A stretch of 64,000 bases of DNA from Desulfuromonadales bacterium (GCA_003561875.1 PWVL01000075.1:2042-66041), one strand, 5' to 3'. Numbered from the stretch's first letter, positions 20,261 through 30,552 are shown. Numbers and translations: made by a program. Notes: generated from the sequence alone by a model not told the origin.

Positions 20261-22732
20261 ATGTGGCTTCTGTCTCAAAAGTTGCGGACGCCGAACCGCT
20301 TTCGGTTTTTCCTGCTGTTACTACCGCTGGCTGCGGTTCTCACGGGATCACTGTTCGCAGGCGCCAGTGGCGCGGCGGCACAATATGATCTGTCGCCGGC
20401 CACCCAGATAGAGCGTGTCGAGATCGGGCCCTGGAGCGCCATCATACGTGCCAATGGACACATCTCCACCTACCGCTACTTCCCCCTGTCTGGCCCCGAA
20501 AGACTGGTGGTCGACGTCTACGGTGCCCATCCGACCTTTGACGACACCGAGTTGCCTATGCAGGGGGCCTTTCGGCGGCTGAGACTCGGCACCTATCCAA
20601 ACAAAACCCGTTTCGTCCTCGACGCCACGGATACCGTCCCGCAGCACCATCTGATCACCGGCAATCGCTCCCTTGAAATCCATTGGGGCCACCTGACACC
20701 CGCATCCGGCGAACAGCAACCCCAACCGCCGGCCGCCCCCGAACATTCCACTTCCAAACCGCTCAGGCCTGCCTCACCGAGCAGTGTCTCCCTTGACTTC
20801 AGCGACATCGAACTGGCCGACCTCATCAAAACCATCAGTGACCTTACCGGACGCAATTTCGTCTACGACGACACCGTCAAGGGCAGGGTGTCGATCATGA
20901 CCCCGGATCAGATCTCCACCGAAGAAGCCTATCAGCTCTTCCTGACCGTGCTCAGCATCAAGGGTTTTACGGTAATTCCTTCGGGCCGGGTGCACAAGAT
21001 CGTCCGCGAAGCTACTGCCAGGGAAACCAACCTGCCCCTGCTTACCGAAGACAGCCAGATTGCCGGGGAACAATTCGTCACCCGGCTGCTGCACCTGGAA
21101 CACATCAGTGCTGAACTGATGGCGGAGAGAATTCTGACTCCGCTCATGCCCCGGACCGGCAACGTGATTGCCTATGCTCCGGCCAACACGCTGATCATCA
21201 CCGACAGTGCCGCCAATATCGAACGGCTGGTGCAGATCATTCGGCGGCTTGACCTTCCCAGTTCCGTGGATCAGCTGGAGGTTTTGCGACTTCAGTACGC
21301 CAACGCCGAGGAAGTCGCCGAAATCTGCCGCACCGTCCTCGGTCAGAACGCCCGACAGGCGGCCGCCCGCGCCGCAAGACCGGGCGAAAGCGCTCCGGCG
21401 AGCCAGGTGATTGCCTATCCCCGCACCAACTCCCTGCTGGTGGTGGCGAGCCTGGAAGACCTGCGGACCATTCGCCAGCTGGTCGAGCGCCTCGATCGCC
21501 AGCCGTTGCGGGAACGGGCCCCCATCAATGTTTATTACCTTGAAAACGCCGATGCCGAAAGGCTGGCCGAAACCCTCAACACCATCATCGCCCGCAGACC
21601 GGGGGTAGCCCGCGATCCCCGCAGCGTCTCCCTCTATCAGGGGCTCAGCGATAGTTTAAGCATCACCGCCGACAAACCCACCAACGCTCTGATCATCCAT
21701 GGAACGCCTGAAGATTTTGAACAGGTGCGCGAAATCATCGCTCGGCTCGACATCAGGCGCAAGCAGGTCTATGTCGAGACCCTGATTCTGGAACTTTCCA
21801 TGGAAGCTACCAAACAGCTGGGTGCTTCCCTGCAGGGGGCCTTCCGCACCGGCAGTGGCGTGGTGTCCATCAGCTCCGGCCAGGGTATCGGACCCGCTTC
21901 CCTGGCTGATTTCAGGCCTGCAGAGGGGGGCACCCTGCCCACCGTGCTCGGCAAAGCCATCGACGGAATCCTGCTCGGCGGTCTGTTCAGCCCCATCTCC
22001 GTGACGGGTCCTGACGGCAACCTGATCACCGTGCCGGCTTTTTCGGCCCTCATCGACCTGTCCAAAACCGACAGCGACGTCAACATTCTCTCCGCGCCCC
22101 GGCTGCTGACCTCGGACAACGAGGAAGCGGAGATCATTGTCGGTGCCAACGTGCCCATCATCACCCAGCGACTGACCGACACCGGCGGCGGCAACAGCCT
22201 CGCCCAGAGCGTTTCGGTGGAACGCAAGGACGTGGCCCTGATTCTGCGGTTCACTCCGCAGATAACCGAAGGTGACCTGGTGCGGCTCAACGTCTACCAG
22301 GAAATCACCGACATTGTTCCAGAAGCAGCTGCCGTCGGCGATATCAACCAGGTCGGCCCGACCCTGACCAAGCGCCTGCTGCGCAACACGGTTCTCGCGG
22401 AAGACGGCCAGACCGTGGTGCTCGGCGGCCTGATCAGCAACAATCAGCAGAGTTCGGTCAGCAAGGTTCCATTGCTTGGGGACATCCCGTTGCTGGGTCA
22501 CCTGTTCAGACACACCCGCAGCAGAGAGAACAAGACCAACCTGCTGGTCTTCATCACGCCGCGCATCATCAGCAACCGGGACGACCTGGCGGCGGTGACC
22601 CGGCGCAGCAGCCGGGCCATGGAAGCTTTTCGGCCCGACGGCGCTCCGCCCCTGATACCGGCCGAACTGCTCGGCAACGACCTGCTTTACGCGCCCTTTG
22701 AGTACAACGAGCCGGAATCAGCGGTCCCTTAA
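20261..22732 (+). CDS. gspD: Type II secretion system secretin GspD with N-terminal AMIN-like domain
   Basis: Signal peptide, then an AMIN-like block (ERLVVDVYGA...FRRLRLGTYPNKTRFVLDAT) and a Pro/Gln-rich linker. N0/N1 (DIELADLIKTISDLTGRNFVYD...) follows, and a C-terminal secretin domain (NILSAPRLLTSDNEEAEIIVG...VPLLGDIPLLGHLF). AGGAG lies 9 nt upstream of ATG 20261. Confidence 0.93.
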   Translation: MWLLSQKLRTPNRFRFFLLLLPLAAVLTGSLFAGASGAAAQYDLSPATQIERVEIGPWSAIIRANGHISTYRYFPLSGPERLVVDVYGAHPTFDDTELPMQGAFRRLRLGTYPNKTRFVLDATDTVPQHHLITGNRSLEIHWGHLTPASGEQQPQPPAAPEHSTSKPLRPASPSSVSLDFSDIELADLIKTISDLTGRNFVYDDTVKGRVSIMTPDQISTEEAYQLFLTVLSIKGFTVIPSGRVHKIVREATARETNLPLLTEDSQIAGEQFVTRLLHLEHISAELMAERILTPLMPRTGNVIAYAPANTLIITDSAANIERLVQIIRRLDLPSSVDQLEVLRLQYANAEEVAEICRTVLGQNARQAAARAARPGESAPASQVIAYPRTNSLLVVASLEDLRTIRQLVERLDRQPLRERAPINVYYLENADAERLAETLNTIIARRPGVARDPRSVSLYQGLSDSLSITADKPTNALIIHGTPEDFEQVREIIARLDIRRKQVYVETLILELSMEATKQLGASLQGAFRTGSGVVSISSGQGIGPASLADFRPAEGGTLPTVLGKAIDGILLGGLFSPISVTGPDGNLITVPAFSALIDLSKTDSDVNILSAPRLLTSDNEEAEIIVGANVPIITQRLTDTGGGNSLAQSVSVERKDVALILRFTPQITEGDLVRLNVYQEITDIVPEAAAVGDINQVGPTLTKRLLRNTVLAEDGQTVVLGGLISNNQQSSVSKVPLLGDIPLLGHLFRHTRSRENKTNLLVFITPRIISNRDDLAAVTRRSSRAMEAFRPDGAPPLIPAELLGNDLLYAPFEYNEPESAVP

Positions 22733-22751
22733 TTCACAAGCTGTTACGGAT

Positions 22752-24449
22752 ATGAAAAGCTGGAAGCCTTTAGGCGAAATTCTGCAGCTTCATTGCAACG
22801 TCCCGGCATCGGCGGTGGAGCAGGCCCTTGCCGGCCAGCCCCAGAGTGGCCTGCGGCTTGGTGAACTGTTACTACAGAGCGGTACCATCGATGCGGCGGT
22901 GCTGGCCCGGGCGCTGGCACTCCAGTCCGACCTGCCCTTTACCGAGCACCTCGAAATGCTGGCGGAAACGGATCTGCTCGATCTGATCCCCATTGCTTTC
23001 GCCAAGGAACGACGCATTTTCCCCATCAGTCGCCAGTCTCACTGTCTGACCCTGGCGGTGGCGAATCCCCTGGACAACCGGGCCCTCAACGACCTGACCG
23101 TGCTGACCGGCTGCCAGCTGCGGATTACCGTCTCCAGTGCCGATGAAATCCTGCGCGCCATCAACCGCAGCTACGAACAACACGCCGGCAAAACCCAGAA
23201 CGTGGTGGCAGAAATCGACAGTGGCGCGGATAATACTGCAACCACCAAGCTGGAACCCGCCGATCTGCTCGACGCCTCCGATGAAGGCCCCATCATCCGC
23301 TTTGTCAACAGCCTGCTGACCCAGGCGTACAAGGAACGGGCCAGCGATATCCACATCGAACCCTATGAAACGGAACTGGTGATCCGCTATCGGGTCGACG
23401 GCATCCTGTACGATGTGCTGCGCCCTCCGCTGCGTGCCCAGGCCAGCATCGGCAGCCGCATCAAAATCATGTCCAACCTGAATATCGCCGAAAAGCGTCT
23501 GCCCCAGGACGGCCGCTTCGGGGTGCGCATCGCCGGCAAGGATGTGGATGTGCGCGTCTCGACCCTGCCTACCGCCTTTGGCGAACGCATCGTGCTGCGT
23601 TTGCTGGACAAGTCGAGCAACGTCCTGACCCTGGAGGAAATCGGTATGGACCGCCGCCTGCTGCTGCAGGTTCAGGCCATGATCCGCAAAAGCCACGGCA
23701 TCTTCCTGGTGACCGGTCCCACCGGCTCGGGCAAAACCACTACCCTTTACGCCGCCTTGAGCCTTCTCAACAGCCGGGAAAAAAATATCATCACCGTTGA
23801 GGACCCCATTGAATACCAGCTCAACGGGGTCGGCCAGATCCAGGTCAATCCGCGAATTGAGCTGACTTTTGCCGCTGGTCTACGCTCGATTCTGCGCCAG
23901 GACCCCGACATCATCATGGTCGGCGAGATTCGCGACCGGGAAACGGCGGAGATGGCCGTGCAGTCGGCCCTGACCGGCCATATGGTCTTCTCCACCCTGC
24001 ACACCAACGATGCCGCCGGCGCCCTGACCCGCCTGGTGGAAATGGGCATCGAGCCCTTTCTGGCCGCTTCGTCCATCGTCGGCATTCTGGCCCAACGACT
24101 GGTGCGGAGACTCTGCCCCCACTGTCGCCAGGCCTATCAGCCGAGCGTCGAACTGTTGCGGGAAGCGGGACTGCCGCCCCGGTTGCCGGAAGGCGCCGTA
24201 CTCTACCGGGAGGTGGGCTGCGACCGTTGCATGGGCATCGGCTACCGGGGCCGCAAAGGCATTTTTGAACTGCTCACCGTCGATGAACAGGTGCGGGACC
24301 TGCTGCTGCAGAAACGTGATGCCGCGCGCATCAAGAAAGCGGCTCTGGCGGCAGGCATGACCTCTCTGCGTGACGCCGGAATCGCCAAGGCGCTGGCCGG
24401 AGAAACAACTCTTGAAGAAGTGCTGCGTGTTACTCAGGAGGAGGTCTGA
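22752..24449 (+). CDS. gspE: Type II secretion ATPase GspE
   Basis: Walker A VTGPTGSGKTTT, Asp box, Walker B IIMVGEIRD, His box, and a tetracysteine CPHC...CDRC. The N-terminus is of the T2SSE_N type. Confidence 0.96.
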   Translation: MKSWKPLGEILQLHCNVPASAVEQALAGQPQSGLRLGELLLQSGTIDAAVLARALALQSDLPFTEHLEMLAETDLLDLIPIAFAKERRIFPISRQSHCLTLAVANPLDNRALNDLTVLTGCQLRITVSSADEILRAINRSYEQHAGKTQNVVAEIDSGADNTATTKLEPADLLDASDEGPIIRFVNSLLTQAYKERASDIHIEPYETELVIRYRVDGILYDVLRPPLRAQASIGSRIKIMSNLNIAEKRLPQDGRFGVRIAGKDVDVRVSTLPTAFGERIVLRLLDKSSNVLTLEEIGMDRRLLLQVQAMIRKSHGIFLVTGPTGSGKTTTLYAALSLLNSREKNIITVEDPIEYQLNGVGQIQVNPRIELTFAAGLRSILRQDPDIIMVGEIRDRETAEMAVQSALTGHMVFSTLHTNDAAGALTRLVEMGIEPFLAASSIVGILAQRLVRRLCPHCRQAYQPSVELLREAGLPPRLPEGAVLYREVGCDRCMGIGYRGRKGIFELLTVDEQVRDLLLQKRDAARIKKAALAAGMTSLRDAGIAKALAGETTLEEVLRVTQEEV

Positions 24450-24451
24450 CC

Positions 24452-25660
24452 GTGCCCCGCTTCGACTATGAAGGATTCGATGCCAGCGGCACCCGGGTCA
24501 GCGGCTCCCTGGAGGCTCCGGGTCGCCGGGCCGCCCTGGAAACCCTGCGCGGACAGCAGGTTTTTGCTACCCAGATCCAGGAGATGGCGACTTCAAAACG
24601 GCGTTCCTTCCGCTGGCAGCGGCGTCGGGTCGGGGCGCTGGAGTTGGCCGCTGCGACCCGCCAGATGGCCACCCTGCTGGAAGCCGGACTACCCCTTGAC
24701 GAGGTTCTTTCCGCCGTCGCCGAACAGACCGATCGCACCCTGCTCAGTCGCGCCCTGAACCAGGCCCGGGAGGATCTGGTGCAGGGAGGATCGCTGCACC
24801 AGGCTCTGGAAGCCCAGTCCCGAATCTTCTCGCCCCTGTTCGTCAACATGGTCAAAGTCGGCGAAAGCAGCGGTACTCTCGACCGGGTGCTGGCTCAGTT
24901 GTCCGACCTGCTGGAGAATCAGGCCCGCATTCGCAGCCGCATTCAGGCAGCTCTGACCTATCCGGCCCTCATGGGACTGGTGGGCAGCGCGGTGCTGCTG
25001 CTGCTGTTTGCTTTCGTGGTTCCGCAGATCACCCGCATGCTCGACAATCTGCATATGGAGCTGCCCCTGATGACCCGTCTGCTGATTCGGGCCGGGGACT
25101 TGTTTTCCGGGGGATGGTGGCTTTTGATGTTAGTCGTGCTGGCGGGGGGTGCCGTGCTGCGGCATTACGCGCGCAGTGAACGGGGTGCTCTGGAACTGCA
25201 CCGCCGGATTCTGCAACTGCCCTTAATCGGCCGACTGGTCCTGTACACCGCCACCGCCCGCCTGAGCCGCACTCTGGCCACCTTGCTTGAAAGCGGCGTA
25301 CCGCTGCTCACCGCACTTGATATAAGCCGCGAACTCATGAGCAACCGGATTCTGCGTCAGACGCTGGAAAACACTGCAATCTGCGTGCGGGAAGGCGAAG
25401 GCCTGGCTGCACCCCTGCAGCGCAGCGGCGTGTTTCCACCGCTGCTGATTCAGATGGCCGCGGCCGGCGAGAAGAGCGGCCGGTTGGAAAACATGCTGGC
25501 TCGGGCGGCCCGCAGCTATGAAAACCAGGTAGAGAGCACCATTGCCTCCCTATTGCCGCTGCTCGAACCCTTGATGATTCTGTTTATGGGCGGCGTGGTT
25601 GGCGCCGTAGTGCTGGCCGTTCTGCTTCCCATCTTTCAGGCCAGCCAGGGTATGGGCTAA
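24452..25660 (+). CDS. gspF: Type II secretion inner-membrane platform protein GspF
   Basis: 402 aa with two GspF repeats and three TM segments. GTG start 2 nt after the gspE stop, with GAGGAGG upstream. Confidence 0.95.
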   Translation: MPRFDYEGFDASGTRVSGSLEAPGRRAALETLRGQQVFATQIQEMATSKRRSFRWQRRRVGALELAAATRQMATLLEAGLPLDEVLSAVAEQTDRTLLSRALNQAREDLVQGGSLHQALEAQSRIFSPLFVNMVKVGESSGTLDRVLAQLSDLLENQARIRSRIQAALTYPALMGLVGSAVLLLLFAFVVPQITRMLDNLHMELPLMTRLLIRAGDLFSGGWWLLMLVVLAGGAVLRHYARSERGALELHRRILQLPLIGRLVLYTATARLSRTLATLLESGVPLLTALDISRELMSNRILRQTLENTAICVREGEGLAAPLQRSGVFPPLLIQMAAAGEKSGRLENMLARAARSYENQVESTIASLLPLLEPLMILFMGGVVGAVVLAVLLPIFQASQGMG

Positions 25661-25732
25661 GTGTCCGCCTCACCGGCTGGGGTGAAGTGATTCACGTTTT
25701 GTTTTGACCTTTTTGAACAAGGAGTATCGGTC

Positions 25733-26173
25733 ATGCCTGTCTCCAGACTTAATACCCGTCGGGGATTTACCCTCATTGAAATCCTGGTGGTGGTGACCAT
25801 CCTCGGCATCCTTGTCGGCATTGTCGTACCGCGCATTCTGGACCGGCCGGAGGAAGCCCGACGCACCAGAGCCGCAGCGGATATTCGCGGCATCGGTGAA
25901 GCCCTGGGCATGTTCAGGCTCGACAACGGCTTCTACCCGTCGACGGAGCAGGGATTGCGGGCTCTGGTGGAAAAACCGCAAACCGGCCGAATTCCGACCC
26001 GCTATCCGGACAACGGTTATCTGCGCAGAATCCCACTGGATCCCTGGGGTAATCCCTACGTTTATCTGTCCCCCGGCCTGCACGACGAGTACGATCTCCT
26101 TTCCTATGGTGCTGACGGCGAACCGGGCGGTGAGGGCAACAATGCCGAGATTCGCAGTTGGGAACTGGACTGA
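25733..26173 (+). CDS. gspG: Major pseudopilin GspG
   Basis: Prepilin leader ...TRRG|FTLIEILVVV. Conserved GspG core DPWGNPYVYLSPG...DLLSYGADGEPGG. Confidence 0.96.
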   Translation: MPVSRLNTRRGFTLIEILVVVTILGILVGIVVPRILDRPEEARRTRAAADIRGIGEALGMFRLDNGFYPSTEQGLRALVEKPQTGRIPTRYPDNGYLRRIPLDPWGNPYVYLSPGLHDEYDLLSYGADGEPGGEGNNAEIRSWELD

Positions 26174-26177
26174 CGGC

Positions 26178-26723
26178 GTGGAACGTCCCGAAACCGGGGT
26201 GACCTTCCCTTCGCAGTGGACCGCAGAACACAGGGCATGCAGCGGCTTCACGTTGGTGGAACTGGCAGTGGTTACCTTGATCATAGCCTTGTTTGCCGGC
26301 CTGACCCTGCCTTTGCTGGGCCAGGGCAGACACCGCGAACTACGCTCGACGGCCCGTCGCATCAGTGGCCTGACCCGTTGGGTGTACAGCGAGGCCGCCC
26401 TGAGCGGCCGGGAACATGAACTGGTCTTTGATCTGCAGCGGCAGGTCTTTTTCGCTCGCCGCCTGGAAGCTGACGGCCAGCAGGTAGCCCTGAGCGGACC
26501 GGGGCGTGAACGCTCCGCCGCCGGCAGATCCCGTATTGTCGAGGTGATCGTCGGCGGTCAACGACCCTTTGGTGAACAGACCGTTGCGGTGCGGGTTCTG
26601 CCCCTCGGCTGGCTGGAAGAGACGGTCGTGCACCTCGAGTCCGGCGAAGAGGCGCGCCTCACCCTGCGCCTGATGCCTCTCACCGGAGCCAGTGAAATTC
26701 ACGAAGGATTCCTTGAGTTCTGA
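26178..26723 (+). CDS. gspH: Minor pseudopilin GspH (start uncertain)
   Basis: Prepilin motif ACSG|FTLVELAVV lies inside the 25812..26723 track ORF, whose N-terminal part only overlaps gspG out of frame. Possible starts are GTG 26178, GTG 26199, or ATG 26142 (which has a GAGGG Shine-Dalgarno but overlaps gspG by 32 nt). Confidence 0.75.
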   Translation: MERPETGVTFPSQWTAEHRACSGFTLVELAVVTLIIALFAGLTLPLLGQGRHRELRSTARRISGLTRWVYSEAALSGREHELVFDLQRQVFFARRLEADGQQVALSGPGRERSAAGRSRIVEVIVGGQRPFGEQTVAVRVLPLGWLEETVVHLESGEEARLTLRLMPLTGASEIHEGFLEF

Positions 26724-26727
26724 AAAG

Positions 26728-27096
26728 ATGATGATCATGTTCCGCTGTCAAAAGGCCTTTACTCTGCTTGAAGTGATGATTGCCCTGGCGATAGCGGCGA
26801 CCGCATTGCTGGCCCTGCTTGGATTGGGCAACCGGTCCATCGCGGTTCACGACCGCCTGCAGAAAACCACGCGGGCTACTCTGCTGGCGCAGGCCAAGAT
26901 GTCCGAGTTCGAGACCGCAGGATTGCCCAGGGACAGGAATTCGGACCGCTTCTCCGAGCCTTTCGAGCAGTTCCGCTGGCATTACACCACAGCCGAAACC
27001 CCGCTACCCTCAACCATCGAGGTCCAGGTCACCGTCACCTGGGGAGAGGAGCGGGGCAACGAGTCCGTGTCTCTGACCTCGTTTCTACTGCGCTGA
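26728..27096 (+). CDS. gspI: Minor pseudopilin GspI
   Basis: Leader MMIMFRCQKA|FTLLEVMIAL, with Ala rather than Gly at -1. About 120 aa, and the gene order fits GspI. Confidence 0.85.
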   Translation: MMIMFRCQKAFTLLEVMIALAIAATALLALLGLGNRSIAVHDRLQKTTRATLLAQAKMSEFETAGLPRDRNSDRFSEPFEQFRWHYTTAETPLPSTIEVQVTVTWGEERGNESVSLTSFLLR

Positions 27097-27105
27097 GAAA
27101 AGGGC

Positions 27106-27708
27106 ATGACCAACAAAGGCTTTACTCTCATCGAGATGCTGGTGGCGATTACAGTCAGCGCCCTGCTGCTGGGCACGACCTACGGCGTGGTCCGCTCGGT
27201 GAGCCTGTCACGGGATCGGCTCGCCGCAGAAGGCGAAGGGTTTCACCTGGCCCGAGTCATCGCCGAGCGGCTGGCCAGAGAACTTCGGGGCGCCTATTAC
27301 AGCAGCCATTGGCCTGAAACCCGGTTCATGGGCGGCGCAGACGACAGCGGAGCCACCTTTCTGCAACTGGCAACCACGGCGGCGACGCCGACTGCTTCGG
27401 GGGGGGGGCTGGTCCGGGTACGCTACCGCCTCGTGCAGGAGAACGGCGCGAGCGGAATGCTCATGCGGGACGAGCACCCCCTCTACGACGAGAGCCCCGC
27501 GGAGCCGCCTCGCCGCCGTCTGGCGGCGAACATTCAAAGCCTGGAGCTGCGCTTCGGCGAAGCAACGGACCGGCAGCCCGCCTGGGACAGTCTGGAACAG
27601 GGCGGGTTGCCCGATCTGGTGGAGGTAAATCTGACCATCGAGACGGATGGAGGCCCGCTGCCGTTCATGACCGTAATTGAGCTGGCGCCTCTGCACAAAA
27701 GACTATGA
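27106..27708 (+). CDS. gspJ: Minor pseudopilin GspJ
   Basis: MTNKG|FTLIEMLVAI leader, 200 aa, correct position in the operon. Confidence 0.88.
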   Translation: MTNKGFTLIEMLVAITVSALLLGTTYGVVRSVSLSRDRLAAEGEGFHLARVIAERLARELRGAYYSSHWPETRFMGGADDSGATFLQLATTAATPTASGGGLVRVRYRLVQENGASGMLMRDEHPLYDESPAEPPRRRLAANIQSLELRFGEATDRQPAWDSLEQGGLPDLVEVNLTIETDGGPLPFMTVIELAPLHKRL

Positions 27709-28619
27709 GATGTTTGCGACAGGAACAGGGAACGGTGCTGCTGCTGGTACTGGTGGTGGTGGCCCTGCTCAGCGCCCTGTTGGGCGACTTCGCCTTTTCG
27801 ACCCTGGTCGATCTGCGCCTGACGGAAAGTTTTCGCGACCGAACCAAGGCCTATTATCTGGCCAAGGGCGGCGTCCGTTTCGGACGCATGCTGCTGCAGG
27901 AGGACACCAACACTTACGACAGCCTGGACGACCTCTGGGCCCAGCCGATCAATCACTACCCGGTAGGAGACGGAGCGGTTTCCATCCTTATCGAGGACCA
28001 CGACGGCCGTCTCAACCTGAACCGGCTTGTGACCGGCCAGGGCAATATCGACGTGGTGATCAGGGATCGCCTTCTGCGACTGTTTCAGCATCTGGACATT
28101 GCCGAAGGACCCGAACTGACCGCGGCACTTATCGACTGGATCGACCCCGACGACGAGCCGCAACCGCTGGGGGCGGAAAGCGACTATTATCTGAGCCTGC
28201 CCGACCCCTACCGGGCCAAGAACGCTCCCCTCGACACAATGGAGGAAATGCTTCGGGTCCGGGGCTTCAGTCCCCGGCTGCTGCAGCGGTTGGCTCCCTA
28301 CGTGACCCTTTACGGGGACCGCCGGGTCAATGTCAACACCGCTCCCGGCGAACTGCTGATGGCTCTGGCGGAAGAGATGGACGGGCGGGCGGTCGACGCC
28401 GTTCTCAACGCCCGGCAGCGCAGTCCTCTGACCTCACTGACACAATTGCGCGACCTGCCGGAACTGGAGCGGGCCTACGGGTTCATTTTCCGTTATGTTA
28501 AATTCGACAGTTCCTGTTACCGGGTAACGGCGCGGGCCGAAGTGGGATCCGGCCGCAGCCTGGTGAAGGCGGATATTCGCAAGGACGACAACCAGGTTCT
28601 CTACTTCAAGGTGGATTAA
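27705..28619 (+). CDS. gspK: Minor pseudopilin GspK
   Basis: Leader ...QEQG|TVLLLVLVVV lacks Glu5, as is typical of GspK. Also LNLNRL, VNVNTAP and helix-hairpin-helix-like motifs. ATGA overlap with gspJ. Confidence 0.9.
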   Translation: MRCLRQEQGTVLLLVLVVVALLSALLGDFAFSTLVDLRLTESFRDRTKAYYLAKGGVRFGRMLLQEDTNTYDSLDDLWAQPINHYPVGDGAVSILIEDHDGRLNLNRLVTGQGNIDVVIRDRLLRLFQHLDIAEGPELTAALIDWIDPDDEPQPLGAESDYYLSLPDPYRAKNAPLDTMEEMLRVRGFSPRLLQRLAPYVTLYGDRRVNVNTAPGELLMALAEEMDGRAVDAVLNARQRSPLTSLTQLRDLPELERAYGFIFRYVKFDSSCYRVTARAEVGSGRSLVKADIRKDDNQVLYFKVD

Positions 28620-28624
28620 GGCTC

Positions 28625-30016
28625 ATGGAAAAACGCTTCATCGGCATCGACATCGACCGGAACTGGGTACGGCTGGCCATTGTCACGCAGGCGCCGGAGG
28701 GTCCCGAACTGCGACTTGTGGACAAACGTCCCTGGGCCGACCGGGAAGAACTGCATCGGGCCCTGCGGGAACTGACCGAGGGCACGCGCATCTACGGCGA
28801 CCGTCTGGCCGCCGCCCTGCCGGCTTCCAGTGGTTTCAGCCGCCGGCTCAGCTATCCCTTCAAAGATCCGAAAAAGATCGAAGCCGCCATGGCTTTTTCC
28901 CTGGCGACGCAACTGCCCGTGGCCGACCAGGAGTGCGTCATGGTCCTGCACCACCGGCAGGTTGATGACCAGGGCTGCCAGGTCGGCGCCAGCGCCGTTC
29001 CGCAAACTGCGGTGGCGGCATTTCTTGAAGCCTTCGACCAGGAGAACATTCCCCTGCAGGTGCTGGATCTGGTTCCCTTTGCCATGCCCCCGGCGCTGGC
29101 GGATCGCAGCGAAGCGGCGGTGGTCGCATTGCTGCGCAACGAGGAAACGGTGATCGCCCTGCTGCAGGGGGGATGCACCAGCGACTACCGTCTCTCTCCG
29201 CCTCTGGCGGACACCGCCGATCCGGCCGAGGAACTGATACAGCAGAGCCGCCAGCTGCAGGCCCAGCACCGTTTGGAACAGCTTCCCCTGTATCTGCTGG
29301 GCCCCCGGGCCGACGAGGATCTGGTGGAAAGCCTCTGTCAGCAAGGCTACGCCGCGCAAATTCCCCTCTGGATTCTGGACGGCGAGCCGGTGGCCGCGGA
29401 GTTCCTTCCGGCAGTGACCCTGGCCTGGCGCGCCCTGCGTCCGGGACGGGACGGAGACGGCAACTTTCGCCGCGGTTCCTTCGCTCTCAAGGGAGAATGG
29501 GCTGCGCTGAAGAAAAAGCTGCTGCTGGCCGGTACCGCCCTGCTGACCGCTCTGGCGCTGTTCGTCCTGGCCGGCTGGATGGGCTACGCTCACAAGTCGC
29601 GCCAGGCGCGCATGTTGCAGCAGCAGCTCACCGCCCAGTTCCGTGAAACCCTCCCAGAAGCCGGCGCCATTGTCGACATGCCCCTGCAACTGCGCCAGGC
29701 CATCGCCCGCCTTCGCACCCGAAGCCGCCTGCTCGGCATCGACGGCAGCGCCTCGGCCCTGTTCGCCCTGCTTGAGGTTTCCGCGCGGATGCCGGAGCAG
29801 GTCCGAGTGGACATCACAACCCTCAACTACGGCGCCGAGGGCCTGCGCCTGGAAGGGGCAACCGATTCCTACGACGACCTCAACCGTATCGCCCGCAGTC
29901 TTGAGCAATCGGCGCTGTTCGGTGAAGCTCAGATTGGCGATGCCCGCACCGCCGCCGATAACCAGCGCGTCGAATTCCGCCTGAATCTGCCCTTGGCCGG
30001 GGAGGAACTGCCATGA
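28625..30016 (+). CDS. gspL: Type II secretion protein GspL
   Basis: Actin-like cytoplasmic domain (FIGIDIDRNWVRLAIV), a single TM segment (LLLAGTALLTALALFVLAGW) and a periplasmic domain. Position is between gspK and gspM. Confidence 0.85.
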   Translation: MEKRFIGIDIDRNWVRLAIVTQAPEGPELRLVDKRPWADREELHRALRELTEGTRIYGDRLAAALPASSGFSRRLSYPFKDPKKIEAAMAFSLATQLPVADQECVMVLHHRQVDDQGCQVGASAVPQTAVAAFLEAFDQENIPLQVLDLVPFAMPPALADRSEAAVVALLRNEETVIALLQGGCTSDYRLSPPLADTADPAEELIQQSRQLQAQHRLEQLPLYLLGPRADEDLVESLCQQGYAAQIPLWILDGEPVAAEFLPAVTLAWRALRPGRDGDGNFRRGSFALKGEWAALKKKLLLAGTALLTALALFVLAGWMGYAHKSRQARMLQQQLTAQFRETLPEAGAIVDMPLQLRQAIARLRTRSRLLGIDGSASALFALLEVSARMPEQVRVDITTLNYGAEGLRLEGATDSYDDLNRIARSLEQSALFGEAQIGDARTAADNQRVEFRLNLPLAGEELP

Positions 30017-30552
30017 AACTGAAACCCTTGCAGGATCTCAGTCAAAGGGAGCGGCTGATGCTGCTGGCGGCCGCCCTGGTCATCTTCCTTACTGTGCTGA
30101 CCTTCGGAATCGTGCAACCTTATCGAGCGGCTCTTTCACGTCTCGACACTCAGATCGCCTCCCGTCGTCGACAGCTTTCGGAATTGCAGCAGCTGAGCCG
30201 TGAATACCGGAATTTGCAGCAGCAAACAGCGGCCGGCGAACAGCGCCTGGCCGCGGCCGGAGATTTTTCCCTGCTGACGTTCGTCGAGGCCACCAGCATT
30301 CGCCTGGCGGGCCGCGACCGTCTCATATCCATGCGTCCGCAACCGGGAGCCATGCTGGAGGAGTTCCGTGAAGAAGCGGTGGAGGTTCGCCTGGAGCGGA
30401 TACGCCTCGATCAATTGGTGCAGTTGCTGATAGCCGCCGACCGGGCGCCGGCACCGATGCAGGTCAAATCCTTGCGCCTTCGCACCCGCTTTGATGATCG
30501 AGCGCTGCTTGATGTGACCCTTGTCTTTGCCAGTTATCGGAGGATCTCATGA
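30013..30552 (+). CDS. gspM: Type II secretion protein GspM
   Basis: 179 aa with an N-terminal TM segment and a coiled-coil. 4-nt overlap with gspL. Confidence 0.8.
   Translation: MKLKPLQDLSQRERLMLLAAALVIFLTVLTFGIVQPYRAALSRLDTQIASRRRQLSELQQLSREYRNLQQQTAAGEQRLAAAGDFSLLTFVEATSIRLAGRDRLISMRPQPGAMLEEFREEAVEVRLERIRLDQLVQLLIAADRAPAPMQVKSLRLRTRFDDRALLDVTLVFASYRRIS

Noticed and set aside
25812-26723. 303-aa ORF spanning gspG and gspH
   Set aside because: Its first ~120 codons are an out-of-frame overlap of gspG. Only the part from the prepilin motif (CSG|FTLVE) onward is credible, and that part is annotated as gspH.
28616-29908. 430-aa minus-strand ORF inside the gsp operon
   Set aside because: It is antisense to gspL, would break a tightly coupled co-directional operon, and has no motifs.
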